A program made the position numbers and the translations under genes. A stretch of DNA of 64,000 bases from the NCBI GenBank assembly GCA_026397015.1, contig JAPLVR010000003.1:256001-320000 (forward strand), read 5' to 3'. The notes beneath the pieces were generated by a model that worked only from the letters and a program-made list of their open reading frames with translations, was not told the origin of the DNA and did no database searches. How positions within the stretch are numbered: position 1 is the first letter of the stretch; every line of letters starts with the position of its first letter. The DNA is from Candidatus Iainarchaeum sp. (GTDB lineage: Archaea > Iainarchaeota > Iainarchaeia > Iainarchaeales > JAAZKV01). Of this stretch, positions 29,095 through 38,136 are shown piece by piece.

Positions 29095-29104
29095 AGGTGG
29101 AACT

Positions 29105-30394
29105 ATGCAAAAAAAAGAAAAAACTGGGAAGGCGAAAGAAAAGAAGCCGAGGGCGGCGCACGCGAAAGCACTAAAAAAAATAAAAGCGCACGCGCATAAA
29201 GAGAAACACAATAAAGGGGCGGCCGCACAGCCGGAAATAAATATCGGCATGATAGGCCACGTTGACCACGGCAAAACCTCGCTCACCAAGGCGCTCACCG
29301 GAAAGTGGTGCGACACGCACAGCGAAGAAATGAAGAGGGGAATTTCAATAAGGCTTGGATACGCCGACACCACTTTTTACAAACTCAAAACGAATAACGG
29401 AATAATTTACAGCAATGACAAAAGCAAGGGAACGGTGATGAGCGAGAGATTGGTTTCTTTTGTTGATGCGCCAGGACACGAAACCCTTATGACGACAATG
29501 CTGAGCGGAGCTGTATTGATGAATGGGGCGGTGCTTGTAATAGCGGCAAACGAAATATGCCCGCAACCGAGAACAGTCGAACATCTGATGGCACTTAAAT
29601 TTGCCGGCGTCGAAAAAATTGTGGTGGCACAAAACAAAGTTGATTTGGTGGATGCGGAGAAGGCAAAACAACAACAGGGAGAAATAAAAAAATTTTTGAA
29701 AGAATACGGGTATGAAAACGCGCCGATAATTCCGACTGTTGCAAATTTCGGGACAAATATTGATTACCTTATAGAGGCGATTGAAACGCACATCCCTACG
29801 CCGAAATATGAGTTGCACAAGGGGCTGAAAATGTTTATTGCAAGAAGCTTTGACATCAACAGGCCTGGAACAAAAGTCAAGGAAATGAAGGGCGCTGTTG
29901 TCGGCGGAAGCATAACACAGGGAAAAATAAAATTAGGCGATGAGGTCCAACTGTACCCGGGCATCAAGGGAAAAACAATAACAAAAGTTATAAGTCTTGC
30001 AACCGATTCTGGAATGCTGAATGAAGCCGTTCCGGGCGGACTTATTGCGGTTGGGACTGAAATTGATCCGAGCATAGGGCAGAATGACAGGTTGAGAGGG
30101 CAAATAATCGGAAAGCCCGGTTCGATGCCTGAACCGACAAAAGTTGTTTTATTGAAATTAAATCCTTTTGAAAGAGCCGTCGCAATCGACCAAAAGGCGG
30201 AGATAAGAAGCAACGACATAATTGTTTTGACAATCGGAACAAATACCGCAATCGGAACGGCGGCGCAAAGTGCTGGCGGGAAAGTTATTGTTTCTTTGAA
30301 GAACGAAGTGGTTGCGGAGAAGGGAGAAAAAGTTGCGGTGAGCAAGAACTTAAATAACCAATGGAGGCTAGTGGCGTATGGGGAGGTCTTGTAA
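29105..30394 (+). CDS. eif2g: Translation initiation factor aIF2 gamma subunit
   Basis: QPE.NIGM.GHVDHGKT.L..ALTG.W.D.HSEE.KRGISIRLGY, DAPGHE.LM, QNK.D, ARSFD.N.PG; ATG after GAGGTG. Confidence 0.98.
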   Translation: MQKKEKTGKAKEKKPRAAHAKALKKIKAHAHKEKHNKGAAAQPEINIGMIGHVDHGKTSLTKALTGKWCDTHSEEMKRGISIRLGYADTTFYKLKTNNGIIYSNDKSKGTVMSERLVSFVDAPGHETLMTTMLSGAVLMNGAVLVIAANEICPQPRTVEHLMALKFAGVEKIVVAQNKVDLVDAEKAKQQQGEIKKFLKEYGYENAPIIPTVANFGTNIDYLIEAIETHIPTPKYELHKGLKMFIARSFDINRPGTKVKEMKGAVVGGSITQGKIKLGDEVQLYPGIKGKTITKVISLATDSGMLNEAVPGGLIAVGTEIDPSIGQNDRLRGQIIGKPGSMPEPTKVVLLKLNPFERAVAIDQKAEIRSNDIIVLTIGTNTAIGTAAQSAGGKVIVSLKNEVVAEKGEKVAVSKNLNNQWRLVAYGEVL

Positions 30395-30770
30395 GGTTTT
30401 ATTGGACACAAATTTTCTCCTCGGCATCGCAAGGCTAAAAATCGATGTTTTCGGGGAAATAAAAAACAAATTTTCGGAAAACGGGGTTGAAACGGAATTT
30501 TTTGTGCTTGGCGGCGTAATGGATGAATTGAAAAAATTGGGTGCGAATAAAACGCTGGAAAAGGGGGCAAAAATAGCAAAAAAATTGCTTGATGGGAACG
30601 GCGCAAAGGTGTTGGACGACAAGGGCGATGTGGACACATTATTAGCCGAAAAAAGCCCGGAATACTGGATCGCAACCAACGATAGTGCACTTAGAAAAAA
30701 GATAAAAAGCTTTGGAGGAAGAACCATATACATCAGAAAAAGGTCTTTTGTCGAAATAGATGGCATTTAA
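30378..30770 (+). CDS. PIN-domain protein (Fcf1/Utp24-like)
   Basis: VLLDTNFL, V..EL, D.D, ATND..L; conserved position after aIF2g. Confidence 0.9.
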   Translation: MGRSCKVLLDTNFLLGIARLKIDVFGEIKNKFSENGVETEFFVLGGVMDELKKLGANKTLEKGAKIAKKLLDGNGAKVLDDKGDVDTLLAEKSPEYWIATNDSALRKKIKSFGGRTIYIRKRSFVEIDGI

Positions 30771-30866
30771 ATCACTGATGTTTTTAAAGTTTTTCAGAGT
30801 TTAATTTGTTGTTTAATTGGTTGTTTTTATTATTTGAAAAATTGTTTCGAAGCGAAAGGTGAGCAA

Positions 30867-31511
30867 ATGTACTACAAAACAAAAATAATTGATAAGGTGA
30901 GGGTCCCTCCAAAAAATCTTGGGGCGAAAATAAAGGAATCAATACTGGGAATATGCAAGGAAGATTACGAAGGAAGAATAAATGACGAATATGGAATAAT
31001 CGTTGCCATAACGGGAATAGGCAAAGTTGGGGACGGGCACGTAATACCCGGAGACGGCGCGGTTTATTATGAAACTGAGATAGAAATGCTGACATACAAG
31101 CCGCACATACAGGAAATCACAAGAGGAGTTATAACTGAAGTAACCGAGTTCGGCGCATTTGCAAGAATCGGGCCGATTGAAGGATTGATACACGTGAGCC
31201 AAATAATGGACGATTACATAAATTATGACGCGAAGCTGCCGGGATTTGTCGGAAAGAAAACCGGAAAAAAACTTGTCGGAGAGGATTCGGTGCTGACCAG
31301 GGTCGTAACAATTTCAATGAAGGGGCACACGCCAAGCTCCAAAATAGGATTGACAATGAGGCAGCCTTTCCTCGGAAAACCGGAATGGGAAAAAATTGAT
31401 GATAAGCTTGCAAAATCTATAAAGGATGAGAAGGGAAAGAAAGGAAAGGCGCCTGTTGTGGAAAAAGCCGAGAAGGCGAAGAAAAAAGAAAAAGAGGCCG
31501 AAAAGAAATGA
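30867..31511 (+). CDS. rpoE1: DNA-directed RNA polymerase subunit E' (Rpo7)
   Basis: MY.......VRVPP, PGDG..Y, FGAF..IGP..GL.H.SQ, KIGLTMRQ..LGK. Confidence 0.97.
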   Translation: MYYKTKIIDKVRVPPKNLGAKIKESILGICKEDYEGRINDEYGIIVAITGIGKVGDGHVIPGDGAVYYETEIEMLTYKPHIQEITRGVITEVTEFGAFARIGPIEGLIHVSQIMDDYINYDAKLPGFVGKKTGKKLVGEDSVLTRVVTISMKGHTPSSKIGLTMRQPFLGKPEWEKIDDKLAKSIKDEKGKKGKAPVVEKAEKAKKKEKEAEKK

Positions 31512-31702
31512 TAAAAGAGAAGGCGTGCAGAACATGCAGATTCATTGTTGAAGATGCGAAGGTTTGCCCAAACTGCGGCGGAAACACCTTCACAACATTC
31601 TGGAGAGGGTATATAGTAATAACAAAACCTGAAGAATCGGAGATAGCAAAAAAAATGGGAATAACAAAACCAGGCAAATTTGCCCTGAGGCTCAGCAGGT
31701 AA
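31508..31702 (+). CDS. spt4: Transcription elongation factor Spt4 (RpoE'')
   Basis: KAC..C, CP.C, W.G, SEIAK, PG.FAL. Confidence 0.96.
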   Translation: MIKEKACRTCRFIVEDAKVCPNCGGNTFTTFWRGYIVITKPEESEIAKKMGITKPGKFALRLSR

Positions 31703-31805
31703 AAAAAAATTGTGCAAAAAAAGCTGGAAAAAATAAAAAAGGAAATTTAGGGAAAACAAAAAATGAAATTTAGGAAAAATAAAAAAGAACTTAAAGGTGT
31801 GAAAA

Positions 31806-32171
31806 ATGAAATTGGATATAAAAACAAACAACAGGAATGAAACGCTGAAGAGAAACGAGGTGACGGTTGAAACCGAAGAAAAAGTAACCCCCTCAAGGGC
31901 CGCGCTCAGGGAAAAACTTTCGGCCGTTTTGAATGCTCCGCAGGAAAAAATAATTATCGACAAAATAGAAACAAAATTCGGGAGCCCGAAGGCAACTATT
32001 TATGTCAAGGTTTATGACAGCAGGGAACAGCTGAGAAAAATTGAGGCAAAACACATGCTGAAAAGAAATTTCAGGGAAGAAATGGAAAAGGAAGAAAAAG
32101 AGAAAAAAGAAAAGGCCGAAAAAAATAAGGCGGCGGAAAAAAAATCCGAAGAAGCTCCGCAGGCGGCATAA
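31806..32171 (+). CDS. rps24e: 30S ribosomal protein S24e
   Basis: N..L.R.E, TPSR, T.FG, KVYD, RN. Confidence 0.94.
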   Translation: MKLDIKTNNRNETLKRNEVTVETEEKVTPSRAALREKLSAVLNAPQEKIIIDKIETKFGSPKATIYVKVYDSREQLRKIEAKHMLKRNFREEMEKEEKEKKEKAEKNKAAEKKSEEAPQAA

Positions 32172-32202
32172 AAAAGTAAAAAACGGTTCAAGGTGAATTA
32201 AT

Positions 32203-32382
32203 GTGGCTGAAAAGGAAAAAAACAAAAAATTGAAATCAGAACTTTATTCTGTTACGCCCGAAGGGCTCAATAGAAAGGCGAACTTTTGCCCCAAGTGCGG
32301 AGCGGGAGTTTTCATGGCAAACCACAAAAACAGGCTCACATGCGGAAAATGCGGATACACCGAAATGAAAACTCAAAAATAA
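32203..32382 (+). CDS. rps27ae: 30S ribosomal protein S27ae; absent from the ORF track
   Basis: Manual translation from GTG, 59 aa: ...RKANFCPKCGAGVFMANHKNRLTCGKCGYTE. Confidence 0.95.
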   Translation: MAEKEKNKKLKSELYSVTPEGLNRKANFCPKCGAGVFMANHKNRLTCGKCGYTEMKTQK

Positions 32383-32439
32383 TCGGAAGAATCCACACTT
32401 ATTTAAAAAGAACAAGCCTATCTGTTTAGTCTGATTAAT

Positions 32440-32985
32440 ATGGGCGGAATAATTGAAATGTTCGCGATAGATTTCGTAATGCTGTTATTGCCTCTTTTTT
32501 TTCTCAGGGCGGTAAAGGGGAAAGAATGGGGGGAAATCGAAAAAGAACTTCTTGGAAAGTATCAGGGAAATAAAAAAGAAATTGTGGGCGCTTTGGCGCT
32601 TTTCTCCGCCCTCCTCATAGGATTTGTAGTGATGGGCTCAATTATAAGTTTTCTCGGGATAAACGACCTGTCAAAAGTGCAAGAAGTGGTGGTGGAAACC
32701 TATTCCCGAAACGCGCCCGCACTAATATTTACCCTGTTGATAGGGGTTTTTGCGGAAGAATTTTTCTTCAGGGTTTTTCTGGTAAAGAGAACGGGCATAC
32801 TGGTCTCAACAATAATATTCACTTTCGCGCACCTTGGTTACGGGTCGGCAGCGGAAACGATTGGCGTTTTCTTCCTTGGGTTGATACTCTCTTGCTGGTA
32901 CAAGAAAAAAAAGTCGCTGTTCCAAAATTATTTCGGGCACATGCTTTACAATCTGTTTGCAATTACAATCTATCTGGTTGGGTAA
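32440..32985 (+). CDS. CPBP (CAAX/Abi) intramembrane metalloprotease
   Basis: EEFFFR, F...H, H..YN motifs in a multi-TM protein. Confidence 0.88.
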   Translation: MGGIIEMFAIDFVMLLLPLFFLRAVKGKEWGEIEKELLGKYQGNKKEIVGALALFSALLIGFVVMGSIISFLGINDLSKVQEVVVETYSRNAPALIFTLLIGVFAEEFFFRVFLVKRTGILVSTIIFTFAHLGYGSAAETIGVFFLGLILSCWYKKKKSLFQNYFGHMLYNLFAITIYLVG

Positions 32986-33021
32986 AAACCGCGCCGGACA
33001 AAAAATTGGCGGGCGAGGCTG

Positions 33022-33675
33022 ATGATTGAAATAAAAGAAAAAGAGTTCCTTTCCGGAAAAATGGATTCGAAAATAAGGAAGGCGCTTGAAAACGGGGCAA
33101 TAATTATTTTTCCGAGCGAAAGCTCATATGGTTTTGGGGCGAACTGCCTAAATGAAAAAGCGGTAAAAAAAATTCATGAAACAAAAAAAGAAAGTTTTGA
33201 CAAGCCAATCGGACTTGTAACTGATGATGTGAAAAAAGCAGGCCCGCTTTTTGAAATCGGGCAAAAGGAAAAAAAGCTTCTTGAGGCAAGGCTTTCCGGA
33301 CCGCTTACAATCCTATTGAAAGAAAAGAAAAAAATGCCGTGCTCTTCCAACGGAACTGTCGGCATAAGAATCCCCATCAATAAAACACTCCTCAGACTTT
33401 GCTCGCTGGCAAAATTTCCACTGACGGCGACTTCCGCAAACATCCATGGAGAAGAGGCAACCTTTTTACCTGAAAAAATAATGGGCGCCTTTAGCGCGGA
33501 GAAGGATTTTATTTTTATAAACGCGGGAAAACTCGAAGAAAACAAACCATCCACATATTACGATCCGACCAACGGAAAGATTCTACGGGAAGGAAAAGTA
33601 AAACTGGAAGAAATAAAAGGAGCACTAAGCAAAAAATTAATGCAGCAAAAAAGAGTATCCATGGTGATTGAATGA
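33022..33675 (+). CDS. sua5: Threonylcarbamoyl-AMP synthase (single-domain TsaC/YrdC type)
   Basis: P.E..YG, GPLT.LL, VGIRIP, PLTATSAN, PST, ILREG; overlaps kae1. Confidence 0.9.
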   Translation: MIEIKEKEFLSGKMDSKIRKALENGAIIIFPSESSYGFGANCLNEKAVKKIHETKKESFDKPIGLVTDDVKKAGPLFEIGQKEKKLLEARLSGPLTILLKEKKKMPCSSNGTVGIRIPINKTLLRLCSLAKFPLTATSANIHGEEATFLPEKIMGAFSAEKDFIFINAGKLEENKPSTYYDPTNGKILREGKVKLEEIKGALSKKLMQQKRVSMVIE

Positions 33676-34652
33676 AATGCTTTGCAATAGAATCAACGGC
33701 GCATACATTCGGCGCCGCAGTTGTGGATGAAAAATGCAATATTCTTTCAAACGAAAAAAGTGTATATACAACGGAAAAAGGGGGGATGATTCCGAGGGAA
33801 CTTGCGGAGCACCACTACAAATGCGCACCAAAAGTTGTTGCGGGCGCACTTGAAAAGGCGAACTGCAAAATGAGTGAAATTGATCTGGTTGCCTTCTCGC
33901 AGGGGCCGGGAATAGGAAACGCGCTGAAGTGCGGGGCAATAGCGGCGAGGCAGCTTTCATTGTTGCACAATATCCCGCTAATCGGAGTGAATCACTGCGT
34001 CGCGCACGTGGAAATCGGGAGGAAACTTTGCGGAGCGAAAGATCCTGTTTTGTTGTACGCGAGCGGAGCGAACACGCAAATAATCTGCTTTGAAAATTCT
34101 TATTACCGCGTATTTGGGGAAACGCTGGATGTGGGAATAGGAAATTTTTTGGATTCATTTGGAAGGGAATTAGGGCTGGGTTTTCCGGCCGGACCGGCGC
34201 TGGACAAAATGTATTTTGAGGGCAAAAAATACATCGAATTGCCTTACACTGTAAAGGGAATGGACCTTGCGTTTTCAGGGCTTTTCACGGCTGCGAAAAA
34301 CAAAATCGGAAAAGTAAGGAAAGAAGATTTGGTTTACTCGGCGCTGCACAATGCGTTTGCGATGCTCACGGAAGTAACTGAAAGGGCGCTGGCGCACACG
34401 GAAAAAAAAGAGGTAATACTCGGCGGAGGAGTGGGGTGTTCGCGCGCGCTGCAGGAAATGATTTCAAAAATGTGCGAGGAGCGCGGAGCAAAGCTCTTCG
34501 TTCCTCCGAATTCGGTTATGGTGGATAATGCCGCGCAAATTGGTTGGACCGGCATACTGATGTATAAACATGGAAATAAAACAAAAATAGGCGATTCAAT
34601 TATTCTGCCAAAGCAGAGAACTGATGATGTTAAAGTGAATTGGAGAAAATAA
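33672..34652 (+). CDS. kae1: tRNA t6A threonylcarbamoyltransferase Kae1
   Basis: IESTAHT, GPG.G, VNHC.AH, SG.NT, GETLD, GGV, DNA..I, QRTD.V. Confidence 0.97.
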   Translation: MKCFAIESTAHTFGAAVVDEKCNILSNEKSVYTTEKGGMIPRELAEHHYKCAPKVVAGALEKANCKMSEIDLVAFSQGPGIGNALKCGAIAARQLSLLHNIPLIGVNHCVAHVEIGRKLCGAKDPVLLYASGANTQIICFENSYYRVFGETLDVGIGNFLDSFGRELGLGFPAGPALDKMYFEGKKYIELPYTVKGMDLAFSGLFTAAKNKIGKVRKEDLVYSALHNAFAMLTEVTERALAHTEKKEVILGGGVGCSRALQEMISKMCEERGAKLFVPPNSVMVDNAAQIGWTGILMYKHGNKTKIGDSIILPKQRTDDVKVNWRK

Positions 34653-34670
34653 CTTGTGGGATTTGGAAAA

Positions 34671-35270
34671 CTATTTTCTTCTCTTTTTCGCGATTCTTTT
34701 TTTCTTCTTGGGTCTTGGCGCGGCTTTTTTCCCGGACTGTCTAGCGGGCCTGATTTTTGACTGCAAAAAGCCCTGCCCATAAACCGCACGCCTGAAGGGT
34801 TTCGTGTGCGAAAAAATTATCATTCCGAAAGTGAGAAGACCCAGGAAACCTATGAAATTATAGGGAAAAGGAACGATGTTTACTTCCGGGTCGAGGTAAA
34901 CGTAAATGCTCATTGCAATTACGGAGGCGAAAGCGAATTCCGCAATCCAGAGCACGATTATTTCAGTGCGAATGCCTAAAATTTTTCTTTTTGCCGAACC
35001 CAAAATTATTTTTGAAAATCCTTTGTGAACTTCTGCAACAGTTTTATCTTTCTTTACAACAACAATTTGGCCGATTGAGAGAAGGAAAACTGCAAGGAAA
35101 AGAAGAATTGCCGAATCGAAAAGGGTTGATTCAAAAGAAAGGAAAGATACAAAATTTGTTCCAAGGAGGGCTTTTACAATATTTTTTACCTGGAGGACAA
35201 TTATAAGTGCCAAAAGCACTTCCAGAAAAATAAATGCAGTTGCCTGTTTCTTTGAAAGCATGCTAAACAA
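34671..35270 (-). CDS. Hypothetical membrane protein (about 4 TM, basic tail)
   Basis: Hydrophobic segments; fills the gap between kae1 and the next gene. Confidence 0.7.
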   Translation of the reverse strand: MFSMLSKKQATAFIFLEVLLALIIVLQVKNIVKALLGTNFVSFLSFESTLFDSAILLFLAVFLLSIGQIVVVKKDKTVAEVHKGFSKIILGSAKRKILGIRTEIIVLWIAEFAFASVIAMSIYVYLDPEVNIVPFPYNFIGFLGLLTFGMIIFSHTKPFRRAVYGQGFLQSKIRPARQSGKKAAPRPKKKKRIAKKRRK

Positions 35271-35341
35271 TACGCAAAAGCAGTAAATAAAGGTTACCTT
35301 TTGGAAAGATTTTCACTTTTTGGTCCAAGAAAACGAATGTG

Positions 35342-35857
35342 CTAAATTCTTTTAATGGCCGAATATACGCTATAAACTTTGACACTTCTTGGGCGAACAC
35401 GCTTTCCCACTTTTGGAACCATCCTTGCCTTCCCAATTCCCTTGGAACGCATGCCAATTTTTTCTTTCAAAATGCGCGCCATTGCCTGATGCGTTTCAAT
35501 TCTCACGGTTGAAACCCCCCTTGTTTTCAGGTGACTGAACACATGCGGCATAAATTTTATTAGTGCACGAACTCCCTGCATTTTGTTTGCATAACCATCT
35601 TCGGGATAGATATTCGCAATGGTAAAATAGTTTTTTCTGCCGTATCCATATATTCCCATATTTTCTTTTCTTTGTGGAAAAACAAATTCAAATTCAAATA
35701 CTCTCAGACTCGGGTCGTGCTTGTGAATACCTTCAGCAATGTTAAGCCTGTACCCCTTGCCGCAGGAATCGCTGAGATCAATTGATTTTAAAGCGGTTAA
35801 TTCTGATTCTGTAATATATATTGGCATAATGGTCGCAGAAAAATAATAGTGTTTCAA
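35342..35857 (-). CDS. Hypothetical protein (possibly GNAT-like fold)
   Basis: 171-aa ORF with no competing gene; weak resemblance to a GNAT pattern (IANIYP....NK..G...L...LK.RG...V). Confidence 0.55.
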   Translation of the reverse strand: MKHYYFSATIMPIYITESELTALKSIDLSDSCGKGYRLNIAEGIHKHDPSLRVFEFEFVFPQRKENMGIYGYGRKNYFTIANIYPEDGYANKMQGVRALIKFMPHVFSHLKTRGVSTVRIETHQAMARILKEKIGMRSKGIGKARMVPKVGKRVRPRSVKVYSVYSAIKRI

Positions 35858-35907
35858 ATATAAAAAAGAAGCATATAAGGGCTGAAAGAACTAAAAACCA
35901 TTCAATT

Positions 35908-36447
35908 TTATTCCAAACCGAACTGCCTGTCAATTTCGATGGCGGATTTTTTGAGCTGCTCGAAAATCCTGTCCACGTCGGATTCGATTTCTTCAATCGT
36001 GCGTTCAAGGGAACTGCTTCTTGAGGAATAAAACTTTCCATTCTTTTCAATGAGACCGGATTTCAGAAGCCGGTTCAAATGGTTTATTGTGCTGCCGCGG
36101 CTCATGCCGATGCGCTGCGCAATCGCAGTGCTTGAAAGGGCTTCGCCATTTTCTGTAGCGGAAACGATTTCTTTAAAAACAGCCGCAGCATTTTTCTCCT
36201 TGTCGATTGGCTCAAAAAAACCAAGCGAGGAACAAATCCATGCCAATTGGTGTTCAAAATCATCGTGGTAAGGCCTCTCCACCTTCCTGATAACGACCTT
36301 AAAAACGCCTCTCCGCGGCGAAATATGCTTCACAGAGGCTTTTTTTATGGGCAAAGCAATGAGAGAATTAGAAATTTGCACCCTCCCAAAGTGGTTTCCT
36401 GAAAGCTGTTTACCCCCAGATTCCTGCTCCAACTCATTTTGAGGCAT
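35908..36447 (-). CDS. Winged-HTH transcriptional regulator divergent from grpE
   Basis: HTH LSSTAIAQRIGMSRGSTINHLNRLLKSGLIEK plus a C-terminal coiled coil. Confidence 0.85.
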   Translation of the reverse strand: MPQNELEQESGGKQLSGNHFGRVQISNSLIALPIKKASVKHISPRRGVFKVVIRKVERPYHDDFEHQLAWICSSLGFFEPIDKEKNAAAVFKEIVSATENGEALSSTAIAQRIGMSRGSTINHLNRLLKSGLIEKNGKFYSSRSSSLERTIEEIESDVDRIFEQLKKSAIEIDRQFGLE

Positions 36448-36561
36448 AAAACCAATAAAAACTTATTTACAGAAGGATTTAAAAACTATTTGTTTAAGAA
36501 ATATCAATATTGTTCATAAAGTATAGACGTTTTGGTTGGTTTTTTAGTTTTGGTGGACAAA

Positions 36562-37164
36562 ATGGCCAATAAACAGAAACAAAAAGAAGGTCAAACTGAC
36601 CAAACAGGCCAAAAAACACCAAGCGAAGAAAATATTCAACCAAAAGTCGATGAACAAGAACAAAAAGGCGAAAAAAGCAGTTCGAAAGAGGCAGTAGAGA
36701 TATTGAAGGAAGTGGGAGAGCTTACTGAAACACTTCAGCGCGTACAGGCAGAATTTGAAAACTATCAGAAAAGAGTTCAGAAACAAAATGAGGAATTCAG
36801 GCAATACGCAAATTCAAAATTAATGGAAGAAATTTTGCCGACGCTCGACACACTGGAACAAGGAGTTATACATAACAAAGGATTTGTGGGCGTCCAGAAA
36901 CAGATAATGCAAACTCTTGGAAAAAACGGGCTTGAAAAAATAGCGGTAAAAGAAGGTGACGATTTCGACCACGAAACAATGGAAGCAATGATGCGAGAAA
37001 GCAACGAAAAAATCGGGGATGGAAGGGTGGCAAAGGTTTTACTGGGCGGATATAAATTGAACGGAAAGATTCTGAGGCATACAAAAGTTTCGGTGAATAA
37101 GTTAGAAAAGAAAAACGAAGAAAAAAATGAAACAAACGAAGAAAATGGCAAAAAAGTATTTTAA
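36562..37164 (+). CDS. grpE: Nucleotide exchange factor GrpE
   Basis: LQR.QAEFENY.KR, LP.LD, FD....EA, GY.LNG.ILR...V.V. Confidence 0.96.
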   Translation: MANKQKQKEGQTDQTGQKTPSEENIQPKVDEQEQKGEKSSSKEAVEILKEVGELTETLQRVQAEFENYQKRVQKQNEEFRQYANSKLMEEILPTLDTLEQGVIHNKGFVGVQKQIMQTLGKNGLEKIAVKEGDDFDHETMEAMMRESNEKIGDGRVAKVLLGGYKLNGKILRHTKVSVNKLEKKNEEKNETNEENGKKVF

Positions 37165-37183
37165 AAACAGGAAAGTGAAATTT

Positions 37184-38134
37184 ATGGTAAATTATAAAAC
37201 TGGTTATTTAGATATTGGGCTTCCCAAAGAAGACTTAAAAATCATAAAACGAATTTCAGAAATAAGAAAATTAGGGAACTTCCAAACAGTCAGAAAAACC
37301 ATTGGCGATAAAAAATTAGTTTCGTTGATAAATAGGCTTTATCCAAAAAATAATATTTCAACTCTCGAAAAAATATTTGGTGTTCCTGATTCATCAATCA
37401 ATTACTGGTTTAAACAACTTGAAATTAAACCCTCCAGAAAACATGTAAACAATTTGGTGGTCCCGGCAAATTTTAATGGATCCTCTGTTTTTTCAGTTGG
37501 CAACAAGTCAACTAATTTTTCAGCGATTAGAATTGACAAAGATTTAGCTTATTTAATTGGATTCTGCATTGGGGATGGAAGCGTCCAAAAATATGCCATA
37601 GATGTTTTCAACAAAAATCACGGGATGAAAGAATATCTCAATAAAATTATGGCAAGATACGGAAAAGTAAAAGAAACGAATCGAAAAGATGGATTATGGA
37701 AGCTAAGGCTTTCAAGTGTCAAAATAGCTGATTTAATAAAGAGGAATTCCATAATCAGAAATGACACTTTGAATCACATTTTTTCTGAGAAAATACTTGC
37801 CGGAAATTTTCTTGCTGGGCTTTGGGATTCGGAAGGGAGTGTGCTAAAACAAAAAAATTATTTTCACGTTTATTTGTATAATTCCAACAAAAAACTTATT
37901 GATGAAGTTTCCAATTATCTTGAAAGAGATGGAATTCAAAATTCAGTACTTGCTATGAAAAAAAGACTCAACCGCTATGTTCTGCAAGGAAGAGTGGTGA
38001 AAGCAAAGAAAACTGTATATCGCATTGGGATAAAAAAAACCAGTTTGGATAAATGGGTTAATTTAATTGGTTTGCATTTAAAACACGACAAAAAATATGT
38101 CGTAGTTAAACAAATTTTGGAGGAGTGTGATTAA
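37184..38134 (+). mobile_element. Free-standing double-motif LAGLIDADG homing-endonuclease-like gene with N-terminal HTH
   Basis: Motif 1 LAYLIGFCIGDGS, motif 2 FLAGLWDSEGS, HTH-like ISTLEKIFGVPDSSINYWF. Visibly more AT-rich than its neighbours. Alternative in-frame ATGs at 37127 and 37145. Confidence 0.85.
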
Positions 38135-38136
38135 AT

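Noticed and set aside
37184-38134. Intein or BHB/group I intron as carrier of the LAGLIDADG ORF
   Set aside because: The ORF has its own stop, lacks Hint motifs, both flanking genes are intact, and no room for a ribozyme core or clear BHB was seen.
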